A stretch of DNA of 64,000 nt from Bilabrum cf. latius (GCA_965178125.1 OZ237739.1:1240001-1304000); one strand, 5' to 3'; shown: positions 1 to 13,120, counted from the stretch's first letter. Translations and numbers: made by a program. Notes: generated by a model not told the origin, from the sequence alone.

Positions 1-1830
1 TTCACCATGAGCAGCTTGTTCCCTGGATTGTTCCCTGGTGACTCCAGGTGGTTGCGCCTGTGCCCTCGGCCCTGCCATGCTGACGGCTCCCGCGCTGGAA
101 CCCACTCTCCCAAAGACATGAGCCGCGCTCTCTCTCATCACAGCAACCGCACGGTGGCTCGTAGAGCTTTGCTATCTGGCCATCGTCTGCGGGTACACAC
201 CCGGCCCGGTAGAAGGGGTGAAGGGATCATCACCTTCCATTTCATCGCCAGCAATGTGCCGTTCCTGATACCTAGGCGACAAGCTACCCTACAGGGCCGG
301 TTGGAGACTGCCTTTGCGCACCACGGGTGATTGGTCCACCAGCTCCAATGAGCTTCCGCCGGTACCCGATGTAATCCCCGCTGTGCCTGACGTCACTCCC
401 GCCGTCACTCCCGCATTTCCTGAAGTCACACCTCCAGCGCCCGCGCTACTGCCTGTCAGTGTGGCAGACTAACCCCCCGCTAGGAGCCGCGTTGGTCTGC
501 CGCCCCGCTGCAGCGCACTGCCAGCGCCGATGGGCCGCGGTGCCGAAGAGCCGTCGTGGCTCCGCACACGGCCCAAAGTGAGCCGGGGGTGCGAATGCGC
601 GGCGCCAGTGCCAGTTCCGCTCATGCTCAGCAACCCGGCGCTGCTGCTGCCCTCAGCCGTGGAAAGCTGCACCCTGAGCTCCTGCGCCTGCAGGGAATTG
701 CGCGGCCGCCTCGCCGTAGCCTTCCCCATCCGCACGCCCGCGGGGTCCAGTCCCCTGCTCCATGAGATGAGCTGGTGCGACCAGTCCTTGGCTAGTGCCT
801 CCCCCCTGTAGGCCCTGCTCCTGATCCGATCCCGCGCCCTGACGCGATCGTCACACCGAGCGTCGCTGCTCTCTAGCCCGTCAAGGGCCGACAGCGGCCG
901 CGAGATGGCTGCCAGCTCCCCGCCCCGGGGCGAGCTCATCGTTCCGTCTCGGCCCGCGTCTGCCGGACAGGACGCAGCAGCCAGCGACCGGGCGGCGGTC
1001 GCTCCTTCGTACAATGCGGAACCAGCGCCTGATTCAGCGCTACTGCTAGTGATGATCGCACCCTTCCTGGCATTTGCAGCAGTGATTCCCTCGGGAATGC
1101 TACGTTCTGACACTGGGGAGTATCCCGTACGACGGCGCCTCGGGAGCACATCGAAGCGGGAAAACTTGTGCTTGCGGCGGCCGCGATGCGCTATGCTTTC
1201 ATTTTGTTTCATTGCAAAGTATCCCGGGTCTACATGGATGCCCTTGCCTGGTTCGCTTGCACCCAGTGCTTTCGCTTGGTCGTGACGTCGAGTTCGCTTA
1301 GGCGGTTCAGCGGCGGGCAGCGTCGTGCATGCTCCTCTCGCTTGGGCTGAGCAAGGCCTTGAGCCTACTGACTGTATAGCGTCAGTTTCTATCCCTGCGC
1401 GCGAGTTAGCGCTGCGCAGCTCGCCGTTTGTGCGACCGCCACCAAGCTGTCGCGGTCGCAGTGTCAATTCCACCTGCAAAACCGGTCGTACCACGAGCGC
1501 TGAACACTACATTGTGCATTTTAATGGGCTAAGCATTTTGGGTTCGGTATCGCACACAATGCACTGATGGGGAGCGGTAGCATCTACATTAAGGAGAGCC
1601 AACTGGAACGAGTAGGGAAGATCCCCCGAATCAAGGCTGTAGCCAACCCTTTTGGGCAGCGTGGGCTACAGCATTGATCCAAAATATATTCTCTCCGAAT
1701 CAGATGGCCCATAATCCCTTATCTAGCAAGACAGTGCTCTTCAAACGTCAGCGGTGACGTTTTGCCGAGGTTGGAAGCAGTCTCTTACCTGTGCATCCTC
1801 CGTAGCAGTGCTGCTGCCACAAGCACCCAT
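1..1830 (-). CDS. Hypothetical low-complexity protein with N-terminal MGACGS acylation motif; runs off the left edge of the window
   Basis: ATG at 1830 gives MGACGSSTATEDAQ, followed by a GTAAGA...TGCTAG intron (1788-1723, phase 0). The frame then stays open to base 1 with only TAG codons (1666, 1507, 469, 289, 172) and contains track ORF 469..1494. Confidence 0.6.
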
Positions 1831-2368
1831 TGAATGACGAATTAAGTTTTCACGACCAGCTCCATCAACGGTCCAAATCAAGACCTGCTGCGTGCATTCC
1901 GCAATCTGACCCGCCGGGGTTCGTACGGCGGCTAGTCGTAGCAGCGCTCGTCATCCTCCAATCTATCTCTAAATGCAGTAAACCCGCGCGCAAGCTACGC
2001 TAGAGACCCTGGAAGTGCAATTCGTGAGCATTGGCAGTTGGTTTGCGGCAGCAATTGCCCGCGCTTCGCGGCGCTGCTCGCCGAGACGCAGCCAAGGCAG
2101 ACACGTTTCACACGCAGAAATCCCGTTTGATTGGCGAGGCGATCCGCAGACCCTTCTTGAGACGCACCACCTGAGCCCATTCGTGAATGAGTACACCAGC
2201 TGTACACTAGGACTGTGCGTGCAGAACAGGCAGGCGCCTTACTGTGCTTGGAGTGGTCCCGCACATAGATCGACCTGTCTGTGCCATTTCGCGCTAGGAA
2301 TTGAAACTTTGCTAGGAATAGGAATCTTCAGCAGCTATAACGCGCTCCTAAAAACAACTACCCCAGAA

Positions 2369-3433
2369 TCAGCACGGCTTGGCGCTCAGGCCGTCCCTCA
2401 GCCTGGCTCCCTGCACCCTCCAGCACATCTCGTAGGGGTAAGGGATCGCGGGCTCGGACAGCTTCGTCAGCTTGTCCATCTCCTCGCCGGAGAGCTCCCA
2501 ACCGCCGGCTGCCCCCGAGTTGTCGACCATATGCGCCATGGTGCGGGCCCCGATGACCACGGCTGGCACGGCCTCCCTCTGCAGCAGCCACCGGATGGCC
2601 ACCTGGGCCACGGTCCTCTTCTTGCCGTCCGCGATCTCCTTCATGGCATCGAGAAGGGCCCATGTGGACTCCTTGTTGAACTCGGAGTAGCCCGGGTGGC
2701 TCTGCAGCCGCTTCCCCGTGGTCTCCGCGGTCGCAACCCTTGTTCCCTCGGGCATCACGTCCTTCTTGAACTTGCCGCTGAGCCAGCCCCCCTTGAGCGG
2801 AGACCAGGGCAGCAGTGCCACCCCCTCCCTCCTGCAGACGTCCTGCAGCTCCCACTCGGTCTGCCTGCACAGCAGGGAGTACTGCGCCTGCAGAGAGGCG
2901 ATGCGGGGGATGCTGCGCTTGTCCAGCTCGTCCACGATCTTCTGCAGCTGCCAGCCCAGCACGTTAGAAACACCCACGTAGTGGAGCTTGCCCTCCTTCA
3001 CCAGGTCGTGCAGGGCCCCGTAGGTCTCGTCCAGGGGCGTCCCTTCGTCCCACGCGTGAGTCTGCATCACGTCGATGTAGTCGGTCTGCAGGCGCTCAAG
3101 CGATGCGGCCACGGCCTCGCGCACGTGCTTGCGGGAGAGGCCCACGCAGTTCACGTCCGCGGCGTCTCCCTTGCTGGCGTCGATGGGCATGGGAAAGCGC
3201 AGCTTGGTCATGACCACCAGCTTGGAGCGGATGGCCTTGTTCTTGGCGAGCCACGTGCCGACGATGCGCTCCGATTCGCCGTTGGTGTACACGTCCGCCG
3301 TGTCGATGGTGGTGCCGCCAAGCTCAACGAACTTGTCGAGCATGGCATGCGCGTCCTCCTCCGAAGTCTGGGGGCCAAAGGTCATGCATCCCACTGCGGT
3401 CGGGGAGATCGGACCGGTGTGCAACGAGGACAT
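2369..3433 (-). CDS. Aldo/keto reductase (Tas/Kv-beta-like AKR)
   Basis: Motifs GCMTFG, IDTADVY, SERIVG, MTK, SLERLQTDYIDVMQTH, GKLHYVGVSN, QAQYSLL, PWSPLKGGWLSGK, AQVAIRWLL, VIGART. Ends at TGA with no internal TAG. Start taken at ATG 3433. Confidence 0.93.
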   Translation of the reverse strand: MSSLHTGPISPTAVGCMTFGPQTSEEDAHAMLDKFVELGGTTIDTADVYTNGESERIVGTWLAKNKAIRSKLVVMTKLRFPMPIDASKGDAADVNCVGLSRKHVREAVAASLERLQTDYIDVMQTHAWDEGTPLDETYGALHDLVKEGKLHYVGVSNVLGWQLQKIVDELDKRSIPRIASLQAQYSLLCRQTEWELQDVCRREGVALLPWSPLKGGWLSGKFKKDVMPEGTRVATAETTGKRLQSHPGYSEFNKESTWALLDAMKEIADGKKRTVAQVAIRWLLQREAVPAVVIGARTMAHMVDNSGAAGGWELSGEEMDKLTKLSEPAIPYPYEMCWRVQGARLRDGLSAKPC

Positions 3434-3851
3434 GATGAATTGTGCTATTGGGCGCATAAGATTTGCAAGCACTTGCAAGCCGCTTAACAATTCAGTTGAA
3501 AATCTCACGAATGATGTTGGAGACCTTAAGTCCAGTCTGCAAGCACATAAAAAGGAGAGGAACGTCATCGGATCTTATCGGTTCGCAAACACTAGGAGCT
3601 AGCAATGAATTAAAGAAGATCCCACCTTGCCCAAATAGCTGTATGACATCTTTACGTCATCGCTAGATGCTGCGGCACCCCCTGCTGCCGCCATTTTTTG
3701 CCGGACTGTGCGAACTGCAACTCGACATCTGGTTTTTGCGTCTAAAGTAGCGAGTACTATTTGAGACGGATTTTTCGGCCAAAAATAAATACGTGTAAAC
3801 CTGTATTGCAAGCATCCGTTTCTCCCGAGAGTTTCGAGTTTAGACGGACGA

Positions 3852-5120
3852 ATGAAAATTACCTGTCTTGCTGTGCTTGCGGGCGTGCTGGCCGTGGGTG
3901 GATGGCAGCGGGAGCCGTCGTTTGCAGTTGCAGCTGCCAGCTCATCCGATGCTGAGGTGGAGTTTGACGTGAATGCGGACGGGTCTTTCTCCCAGAAGAA
4001 GTCTACATCGCGAAAAACGAAGCGAAGCGCATCGAAATCGGGCAAGAAGAAGCACAAGACCGAGCGTAGCAAGAAAAAGCCAAAGACTCCGGCGGTCGTG
4101 GACGGCCCGAATCCGTTCGGTCGGGTGGCTGAGTTGGATTCCAGAGCCGCAAACGATTTAATATTTGGATTTGGTGGCGCAAAAGGCCGTCTGCACGCGG
4201 CTGCCATGGCGGAAGCCGCTCGTGACGGGGCCATCCGCGCCAAGAGCGGCACGTTCGGCAAGGAGCCCTACTCGACCTCGCTCTTTCCGCAGCCCGTGGG
4301 CGGCGAAGACGAGGAGGATGGATTGGACGGTGTGAGCGTCGGCGGCGAGGACATCGTGGAGAGCCTCGAGGCCGGGACGTCCGACGGCACGGAGGCCTAC
4401 CCCGAGCTCAAGCCCGCGCGGGACACCTCGCAGGATCCGTGGGTGCTCATGTTCTACGCGCCGTGGTGCCCCCACTGCAAGGACTTCAAGGGGCCGCTCC
4501 GCCGCGCCGCCAAGCGGCTGCAAGGCACGGCGCACGTTGCCACGGTGGACGGCACCTCGTCCAGGGAGCTCGCTAGCAGGTTCGGCGTGGGGGGATACCC
4601 GAGCATATACCTGCTCAAGAACGGGAGCGCGTGGACGTACAACCGACCCCGATCAGCTGACGCCCTGACGTGGTGGGTCAAGGAGGGTCACGCTCAGGAC
4701 GCCCCCCTGCCGTGGGCCGAGTCGCCCGTGGGACCGGTTGCAACCGCCAAGTCCCTGGTGTGGGCCGTGATCGACACGATCGCCGCCTCGACCAAGCCGA
4801 CGGCCGACGCCATCGGGGTGCCCGAGATCGGGGTGCAGTTCGCGATCGTGCTCTCCATGGTGATGGGCGCCGTGGGCGGGCTGGTCCTCTGCGCGGTGAT
4901 CGAGGGAGGTCACTGCCGCAGGGGTGGGTTCAAGTACGAGTACGAGCAGGAGGAGTGGTCGGAGGAGCAGTACCTGGCTGCGTTTGAAGGGGGCGGGTCT
5001 CAGGAGCGGCGCAAGCTGCTGCAGGAGGTTCGGTCTGCAGAGGAGCATCGCAAGGACAAGGCGACTCGCAGGCGGGAGGCGAACCGGGTGAAGAGGAAGG
5101 TGCAGGTGCAAAGCAAGTGA
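3852..5120 (+). CDS. Thioredoxin-domain membrane protein (TMX/PDI-like)
   Basis: Signal-peptide-like N-terminus, WVLMFYAPWCPHCK active site, FGVGGYPSIYL cis-Pro motif, C-terminal hydrophobic helix and basic tail. Ends at TGA. Confidence 0.9.
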   Translation: MKITCLAVLAGVLAVGGWQREPSFAVAAASSSDAEVEFDVNADGSFSQKKSTSRKTKRSASKSGKKKHKTERSKKKPKTPAVVDGPNPFGRVAELDSRAANDLIFGFGGAKGRLHAAAMAEAARDGAIRAKSGTFGKEPYSTSLFPQPVGGEDEEDGLDGVSVGGEDIVESLEAGTSDGTEAYPELKPARDTSQDPWVLMFYAPWCPHCKDFKGPLRRAAKRLQGTAHVATVDGTSSRELASRFGVGGYPSIYLLKNGSAWTYNRPRSADALTWWVKEGHAQDAPLPWAESPVGPVATAKSLVWAVIDTIAASTKPTADAIGVPEIGVQFAIVLSMVMGAVGGLVLCAVIEGGHCRRGGFKYEYEQEEWSEEQYLAAFEGGGSQERRKLLQEVRSAEEHRKDKATRRREANRVKRKVQVQSK

Positions 5121-5637
5121 GGATTCATGTCTACTTTTGCTTTTGCTGCGTGCACGGAACTTGCAAGTGGTCGATTTGCGCTCGTGTGTGGCGCCGCGGC
5201 GGCGGCTCTGGATTTGGCGCGGGTTCTTGCGCGATCCGTCAAACTCCAGCGACCGTATTTTGCTGTTCGGGGGGGGTTGCAACCGTCGATTTAATCTAGT
5301 TCTCAGCTAGCGAGTCAACACAATCCGTGTAAGTATCGCCATCTGGAACGCGTTAGTGTCGCTAGCAATAGTACTAGACTAGAAGGGATTTGATGCTCGA
5401 GCAAGTGCTTGGCCGCTCCGAGTCCACTACCCCCGAGTGTCGACACCGAGGACGCCCAGACTCGAATAAAGATAACGGGACAACCGAGTTGGCTTTAATG
5501 TCATAGATGCACTGGTTTTGAATGAAACAGAAAGAATTGAGTGCACCGTACCGCCAATAACGCAGGCATCTCATCGGTTGATCCACTGGAGCGTGCATGC
5601 CGCTCATCGCGCGGCGTCAACAAGCTTGCAAAGCAGC

Positions 5638-7245
5638 TCATGATGGAGATGTGGAAGCCGCCGTCGGCCCCGCCTCGCCACCAGGTTCTTCGTCACCCTT
5701 CGCGACCTCTGTAGTGCTACCTAGAGCCCCACAGCTTTCCTCAGCTGCACTCCCACTGGCAGCGCTCCTTGCAGCTGCTTCAGTTTCAACACGATCATCG
5801 ACTGGCTCCGGTTTGCTGCTGCATAGACGCACTGGGAAGTCTTCCATGGAGCTTCGCACCAGACGGCTCCCCTCAATCCATGCGATGGCCCTTGGACCCG
5901 CGCTCGCGCTAAATCCAATCGAAACAGGTTGTGGGATGAGCCCACCGGCACTAGTCTCGCCGATTTGCTTGATTCCTTCGAGCACCTTGCGGACGGGGTC
6001 TTTGCTGGAGCCAGGCAGGGCTTCTGGATCATCGTGTCGCATCAGTTCGCCCAGAACGGAACGGTCTGGCTGACTTCATGGGGAAGCCCTGTAGGTGTAT
6101 TACCAAGCGGGGTGTACCCCCCCAGTGCCAGATGAAACCGAAATGGTGGTTCGTCTGGGTGTTTTAGATGGAGAACTGCGCACTGGGCAACGAGAGCAGC
6201 GCGCGCAGCTTCTGCGACAACGAAAGAGGTAGGATCAGACACTGTTCGCGCCGCGTCGAGCTCTTCCCTTAGGACCGTATTTACCAGATCGGCAGTTTTC
6301 ATCGGGTCTGGACGATCGCTGGTCCCCGTTCCCTTGCCATCTGTGCCCATGCTCGCTTCAAGTTGCTCGCCCCACGCCTCCCGCCCGAGCCGCTCCAAGA
6401 GCCGTGAGGCGGTCGTGGACAAGCAATCCGCCACGCTGTTGGGATCTCGTGAGCGGAGTACCTCCATGAAAATCTTGGATGCATGCTTATGGTCCACGTC
6501 GATGTAGAACATCATGGCCTGAGCTTTGCTTCTTCCGAGTGGCGGTCCGATGCTTGCCATCTGCGTCGAGTATAGGTGGAAGCCCATGCGACGGTACCAG
6601 CAGCAGAACAGGTGTCTAGTTGGTTGTGTATTTATTCAGCATACAATTGTGCGGATCCAATCGCCTGTGCAAGTACTGAAGCCGCCGGCGCTGGGATCCG
6701 ACGGTGCTGTGGGAAAGTGCTGGTCGCAGCACAAGCACGCCTTCAAACAGGGGGTGATCGTTGAACAGCACACATGTACTCTTCTAAGAACTAATTGATC
6801 AATGGCAATCTCATTCTCACGTTTCTGCTCGACTCTTCTCAAGTATTGCTGGCCCGTGTATCCCGGTGCAGTTGCAGTTGCAGTTTGATCACGAGCGTCA
6901 TCACAACAAGTTCAAATTGCAGTAGTTGCAACCAGACTAAGCTCGTAGACTAGGTCATACGATAATCGGCCACACGGTGAGTGCATGCTGAGGAATCATG
7001 AGAATACGTGATGATTGAGGAAATAGCCCCACGTCTGGCCATTTCAAACTTGCATGCACGCCAAGCCTAGAATCGGATTGAAGAATGACCCGTTGTAATA
7101 GGATCAAGAAGTAGGTCAATTGCGATTGCTTTGCATTGAAGTAGGACGGTGCTGTATATTGTATCTTGCAAGACAAGCAATAGCCTGGGGTAGATTCGGA
7201 ATGAGGAATCCCCGAGCACTCTCCGTAGTGCACGCCGCGGCACAA
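5638..7245 (-). pseudogene. Possible decayed gene, or a gene with unresolved introns; unknown product
   Basis: Protein-like segments (6955..7245, 6636..6842, 6042..6587, 5638..6042) lie in series on one strand but are separated by TGA stops and frame changes. No recognisable domain. Confidence 0.3.
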
Positions 7246-7250
7246 TACAG

Positions 7251-10200
7251 ATGTCAGCGCAGCAGTAGGGAGCCATCGACAAATTACAAAAGGATCCGTC
7301 TGAAGCCCTATTCTTGGCGTGCCGCGTTGGGGATGCCAACTACACGAAATTTCTTGTGGATTGCGAAGGCGTAGATGTGAACAGCCGAGAGTTCGATGCT
7401 AGCGCGCTATACCACGCAGCACACTGTGGGTAGGCTAAAGTAGTTGCGTATCTACTCCATCGTGGCGCGATTGCATCGACAGCTGCGTTTGAGGGCGAAC
7501 GAGTAGCCTACGCGGCCTGTGCTCCGATTCGGGTGATCCTACGGAAGCACGAGGCGCGGCCAATCATGTCTTCCTTGACGGGATTTCCACGAGATATGTT
7601 AAATTTGTATAGTGGATACATAGAAGAGTCATTCTCACTCCGTGGTAAGCGCTAGCAGCGCCCTGACCTGCGCAACAACAGGGTTGACGTGGAGGTTGGC
7701 GCCAGTCGAGATGCTGCTGCGCAGGCCCTGCGCGATCGAGGTTTCGATGTCGCGTTTCAATTCAAGGCCCCAGCTGCAACGCGCACCGCAAGCAGCACGG
7801 AAACAGCTCCCGGCGGCAGAGTTCTCATCGGGGCCCACCGCTTCGTGCTCGCCTCCCAGAGCAGGCTCTTCCGCCGCCTGTTCGAGACAAGGTCAGCGTC
7901 GACTCTGCTGGACGGCTTGCCAGTCTACTCAGTTAAAGAGCCCAAGCTAGATGATGGGCAAGAAGAGGGCGGCGAGCCCGGGGAACCGCCAGGCGAGGGC
8001 GAGCAGCCCACGGCACCCGACGGCGGCCTGCAGGGCTTCGCGTCCTTGCTGCAGCACTACTACAGCGACATGGTGGCGGTTAAGCGAGGAGAGGAGAACA
8101 GTCTCCGTGCATTCGCCAAGCGCGCCGGTGCCAGTCACCTAATCGCGTCGCTGGCGGCCGAGCTGGCCATGATGGGATACAAGCCGATGCTGGCCGAGGC
8201 AGAGGAGCAGCGAGCCATGGAGGCGGGGGCTGAGGGGGACGTGGCGGCAGGCGAAGAGGGAGAAAACGACGCGGAACCACAAGCTAGTGCTGTTGCAGGT
8301 AGTATTAGTGAGGAGGACGGATTGGGTGGTGATCAAACCAGCGATAGAAGCGGCAGTGGAGGCGGAATCGGTGATGGATCGATCGACGAGCTGGACGAGT
8401 AGGATGAGGCCATCGAGCTTAGTGCCCGGGGCGGGTTGGACGCGCTTGCCGCGCCGGTCACTATCTCTTCCTAGGGACGTGATGATCAGGATGCAGCCGG
8501 TGCTGCGAGAGGTGGTGCAGGCCAAAGGGGTGCCGATGGGGCTGGCCAAAGGGGTGCCGGTGGTGACGGGGACCCTGCCACTGCCGAGCCTCGGACGATC
8601 TAGGAGGCCATGCAGCAGCGCAGGAGGGAGCGGAGGATGAGGCTGGAAGCGATCAGGAAGAGGAAGGCACGGGCCAACGGGCCGGGCTCGGGACTCCGGT
8701 CCGTGCTTTTGCTGCGCACAGAGGGGATGGGCTGGAGGCGGGTGGGCCGGGCGCTCGTGGGCGCTCACCCGGACCTTGCGCGAGCCCCGCTAGGGGTGTC
8801 CAAAGTGGACAGGCCATCGAGCGGAGCCGGAGCTGACGCATCTGCTAGGACTCGGAGCAGCCTGTTTGACGACGTCTTGCTGGTGGCGAAGGGATCGAGC
8901 ACCCCGGAGGCAGAGGCGGCGGCCGCTTGTGACGCGCTGGACGGATGGCGGGACCCCTGGGCAGCCAAGGGGAAGGCAGTGCTCAAGTCTATTCCCGTGG
9001 CGAGCGGAGGCTATGCCATTCGGTGTCATAGGTCCATCCTGTCTGCGAGATCGCCATACTTGGCAGCTCTGGTGCATGGCAGGTTCCGAGCTCCGCGTGC
9101 CGTTGGGGCGTCATCACGGGCGAAGGAAGAGAGCGGTGCCAGGCGCCTTCCCAGGGTGTGCGGGGTGACACTACCCGGAGCTACGCCTTTGGCCCTTGTC
9201 ATTGCCTGCCACTTTCTGTACAGCCACTCGCTGCCCCTCTGGTGCCTTGACGGCCGGTGCCCGCTCTCCGCCCTGCTGGACTGCGTCAGCCTTGCAGACG
9301 CTCTACTTGTTCCCTCGCTCCGCGACCGGCTGTTGGCCAGGATTGGACATTCTGGTAGATTGGCGGTGCGGGGGCTCAGGCACGTGAACAGCCCGCGCCG
9401 GGGAGCAAGAAGCCGGCCCGCGTGGGGTGACAGTGGCAGCGTGGCCGTTGCAGAGATGGAGATCCCAGACGGGGAGCAGGAGGATGAGGTGGAGGAAGGG
9501 GGCGATCGTCTTGAGGCAGTCATGGCATCGCTCCCTCCTCGATCGGCAGGGTGGGGTCACCGCACGAGGGCGGTGAGCCAGGAGCTGGCCCGGGCGGGGG
9601 AGGCTGCTCGTGCGAAGCGGCGGAGGTGGATGCAGCGGGCGGCGCAGATGCTGGGCGTGCGGCGGGCCTTCAAACTCTTCATGGACATGGACCGTGCGAC
9701 GGGATCGGATCAGGGATCGGATCAGAGATCGGATCAAGGGAAGGGAGGGTCCGCTGCCGCCGGAGAGCTCGGCGTCGGAGCAGCTGCGGATGGCGGACGG
9801 GCGCGCGCAGAGGATGCGGCGCACGCCGGCGACTCTGACGCATTGCGGTGGATCGACACTGCCCGGGTGCATGCGGTGCGCGGGCGAGTGGGTTGGGCTG
9901 TCCGGATGGCGGATCGCTGGGAGAGCGCTGCCAGTGGGAATGAGGGAGGGGGTGCAGGTGCGGCGCACGGGGGATCGCCGTCACAGGGGGCTGCTGCGCC
10001 CTCCGCTTCACCTGATACGAATTTCGGCTCCGAATCCGATGTTCCCCGGCTGCAGAGGGCGAGGAGCGAGGAGGAGGAAATGGAGCAGGAGCTGCTGGCC
10101 CTGAGGCCCTCCGGGGCGGCTGTGTTCCTCGAGGAGAGTGGCGGTCCCCCAACCGGGGAGGGGTCCGGGGGTTACCCCCCGTCTGGGGGTGGGAGCGCTG

Positions 10201-10958
10201 CCGCCTCTCGGGCCGCTCGGGAGGCCTCTGAGCTTGGGGACGAGGGCGCCTTCGAGAACGAGGTGATTGACTCCGAGACCAGGGCTAGGCTGGGGGCCAT
10301 GCTGACCAGGCACTGGGTCTCGCACACAGTGGACTTTCAGGTGCCTGTGTCTGCCTCGCTTTGCAGGTGGCTAGGGTGCGCGCTGGGGATGGCGATGGCT
10401 GCGTCGATGGGGCTGCTGGAACTCGGTGCTGGGGTGCGGGGGCGGAGTGCCGAGGGTTGCGCTGGCACTGGCGAGCTGCGTGCTGGAGAGAGCGGCAAGG
10501 GTAGTTCTGATGGTGGCCGGGATGCAACGGCTTTGGCTGAGGATGCCATCAGCAGACTGCTGAAAGGAGGTGGTGGCGGCGCCAATGGTGAGGATGGAGA
10601 GAGAGACAATGGAGAGTCGGCCGGGAGGGATGGGCTGGGGAGTGATGGTAATGGTGATGGTAATGGTGGTGGTAATGGTAATGGTGATGGTAGTGGTGAT
10701 GGGAGCGGTGATGGGAGCCGTCACGCATCCAGAGGTGATCTGCGTGAAGAGGGGGGGGAGTGGGGGCTCGTGCTGTCCTGGCTGCAGCATAGGATGCGAT
10801 CTGGTGACCCGCACGCGGCTGCGCTGCGCTAGCTGGTGTTGGAGGAGGGAACAAAATTGCTCAACCGATACATCGGGCTGGCGGGGGATGGGGCCGAGAG
10901 CGTCCGGGCGCTCGGGCACGAAGGGCTCGAGCGAGCTTGCGAGTTGATTGAAGGATGA
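7251..10958 (+). CDS. ABTB1: Ankyrin repeat and BTB/POZ domain protein (ABTB1-like), ~1235 aa with TAG=Gln
   Basis: N-terminus LFLACRVGD...[33 protein letters not shown]...[10 protein letters not shown] matches the ABTB1 ankyrin region. Two BTB motifs ([30 protein letters not shown]). One frame with 7 TAGs, ends TGA 10956-10958. Confidence 0.85.
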
Positions 10959-11071
10959 CTTTGTGCGACTGTTCCCTTCTCCGATTTTGCGGTTGTCTGC
11001 CACTTTCACCGCCACGAGAATCAGGCGCTCGGCGAACCAGAAATCCGGAACAACCGCCACGTTCCCCGAAG

Positions 11072-12949
11072 ATGACGTCGGCAAGCATTCGAAAGACAAT
11101 GGCAGCAGTTGCAAGCGACGCCGCGATCGAGTCGAAACATGATGAACCTACCGCAAGTGGCGTATCAGAATCGGACGGTAGACTGCCTGTGACGGTGCTG
11201 AGCGGAATGTTGGGATCTGGAAAGACTACACTCTTGAAGCATATTCTGACGAACAAGAGGGGATTGAAGGTAGCCGTTATCGTCAATGATATGAGTGAAG
11301 TGAACGTAGATGGAATGGATGTGCGCGATGCAAGCATCGTTCACAAGGAGGAGAAAATGGTGGAATTGTCGAACGGCTGCATCTGTTGCACTTTGCGGCA
11401 AGACCTCCTGGACGAGGTGGCGGGCCTCGCTCGCGCAAAGAAGTACGACTATCTGGTAATCGAATCGACAGGTATTTCTGAGCCCATGCCCGTGGCTGAG
11501 ACATTCGCTCTTGACACGAAGGATGGCACAGGGCTGAAGGAGCTGGCGAGGCTCGACACGATGGTGACAGTCCTCGACGCCATCAACTTTTTGACGGATT
11601 ATGGCAGCGGGGACACGCTTGCCGATCGCGACTAGCAGGCTCAAGCTGGAGATGAGCGCGAAATCTCAGATTTAGTGCTGGATCAGGTAGAATTCGCCAA
11701 CGTGATTCTCGTGAATAAGGCCGACATTGCGACCGAGGAGCAGCTGCTGGCTGCCGAGCAGTTCGCTAAAAAGACCAACCCGAAAGCAAAGATCATCCGA
11801 ACCACCAAATCGAACGTCGACCTGGCGAGCATCATGAACACGGGCCTCTTCGACTTCGAGAAGGCTGAGGAGCACCAGGGCTGGCTGCAGGAGCTGGAAG
11901 GCGAGCACGTGCCCGAGACAGAGGAGTACAGAATATCGTCCTTCGTGTTCAGGCAGCGTGTTCCTTTTCACTCCGGTCGGCTCATGCGGCTCGCGAACGG
12001 CTGGCTCAAGAAGGTTATGCTCCCCCACATGGAGGAGGTCGAGGTGGATGACGAGGGCAACATCGTCACACCGGGCGGTACGGCTGCCGATGGGGGCCAC
12101 AGCCACTCGGGCGAAGCAGGCAGCAGCGGTGGTGATGGAGCGGGACACGGGCACTCTCACCAGCACGGGCCCGATTGCGGGCACTCTCACTCGCACGGAG
12201 CAGCAAGCGGTGGGGCCGCTGCTCCTGCTCCAGCGGACGGAGCAGGTGCTTCGGGGGGTGACGTTATGGCTGCAGTGTACGGCCTCGGGGCCGGGGGAGC
12301 TAGCGGAGATGAGGCCCGCATTCGAGGTTCCGCAACCGAAGGCGCCGCGGGCGGAGCAGCTGCTTCGGAGGGAGCAGGCGAGGCGAGCACGAGCACGGGT
12401 CCCCCGAGGCGAGGAGCGAAGCAGCTGCTCGAGCGGGTGGGGCCTGCCGCCCCTGAGGACTTGCTCGCCATGAAGCAGGTGCTCCGCAGCAAGGGGTATC
12501 TCTGGCTGGACTCGATGCCCGATTTCAACGTGTTTTGGAGCCAGGCGGGGCAGCACGTCAAGGTGGAGGCCGGTGGGCCTTGGTGGGCTGCGGTGCCGAG
12601 GGAGCGCTGGCCCAAGAGCGCCGTCTCGGACATTCTTGAGGATTTCGTGGAGCCGTTCGGTGACCGCGAGACTGAGCTGGTCGTGATCGGCTGCGAGATG
12701 AACAAGGAGAAGGTCGAGGCGGCCCTGCGCAAGTGCTTGCTGACAGAAGAGGAGCTCAAGGCCGGGATCGAGGCCTGGAAGAAGCACGATGATCCCATGA
12801 TGGAGGGTGTCCTTAGGTCGGTCCTGGCCAAGCAGCTGGACGCCTGGGAATTCGAGGACGAAGAGGAGGACGGCCAGGATGGTGCTGGGGAGGATGCGGC
12901 GGACACACCAGCCGGCACCGTGGATGCGGAAGGAAAATCATCCAGCTGA
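11072..12949 (+). CDS. COG0523/CobW-family G3E P-loop GTPase (putative zinc metallochaperone) with His-rich insert
   Basis: [56 protein letters not shown] and CobW_C motifs ([26 protein letters not shown]). Track ORFs 10955..11635 and 11675..12949 join across a single TAG at 11633. Start is 11072 or 11099. Confidence 0.93.
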
Positions 12950-13120
12950 ACGCTAAATTTTAATTGAGCTATCATACTACTAGCTGAGGTATCTAGATTT
13001 TATCTGATGGTTTCTTCTGTTTGAGGTGATCATCTTGATCCGATCCTCTCAGGAATAATGAAGACTGGAGCTTTTCTCACTGCAAATATATCCTGAACTG
13101 CGCGCAATTGCACGAACTCT

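Noticed and set aside
6042-6920. TGA as selenocysteine or Trp in Cys-rich context
   Set aside because: TGA is the main terminator in this window, frame changes accompany these stops, and no selenoprotein family or SECIS element was recognised.
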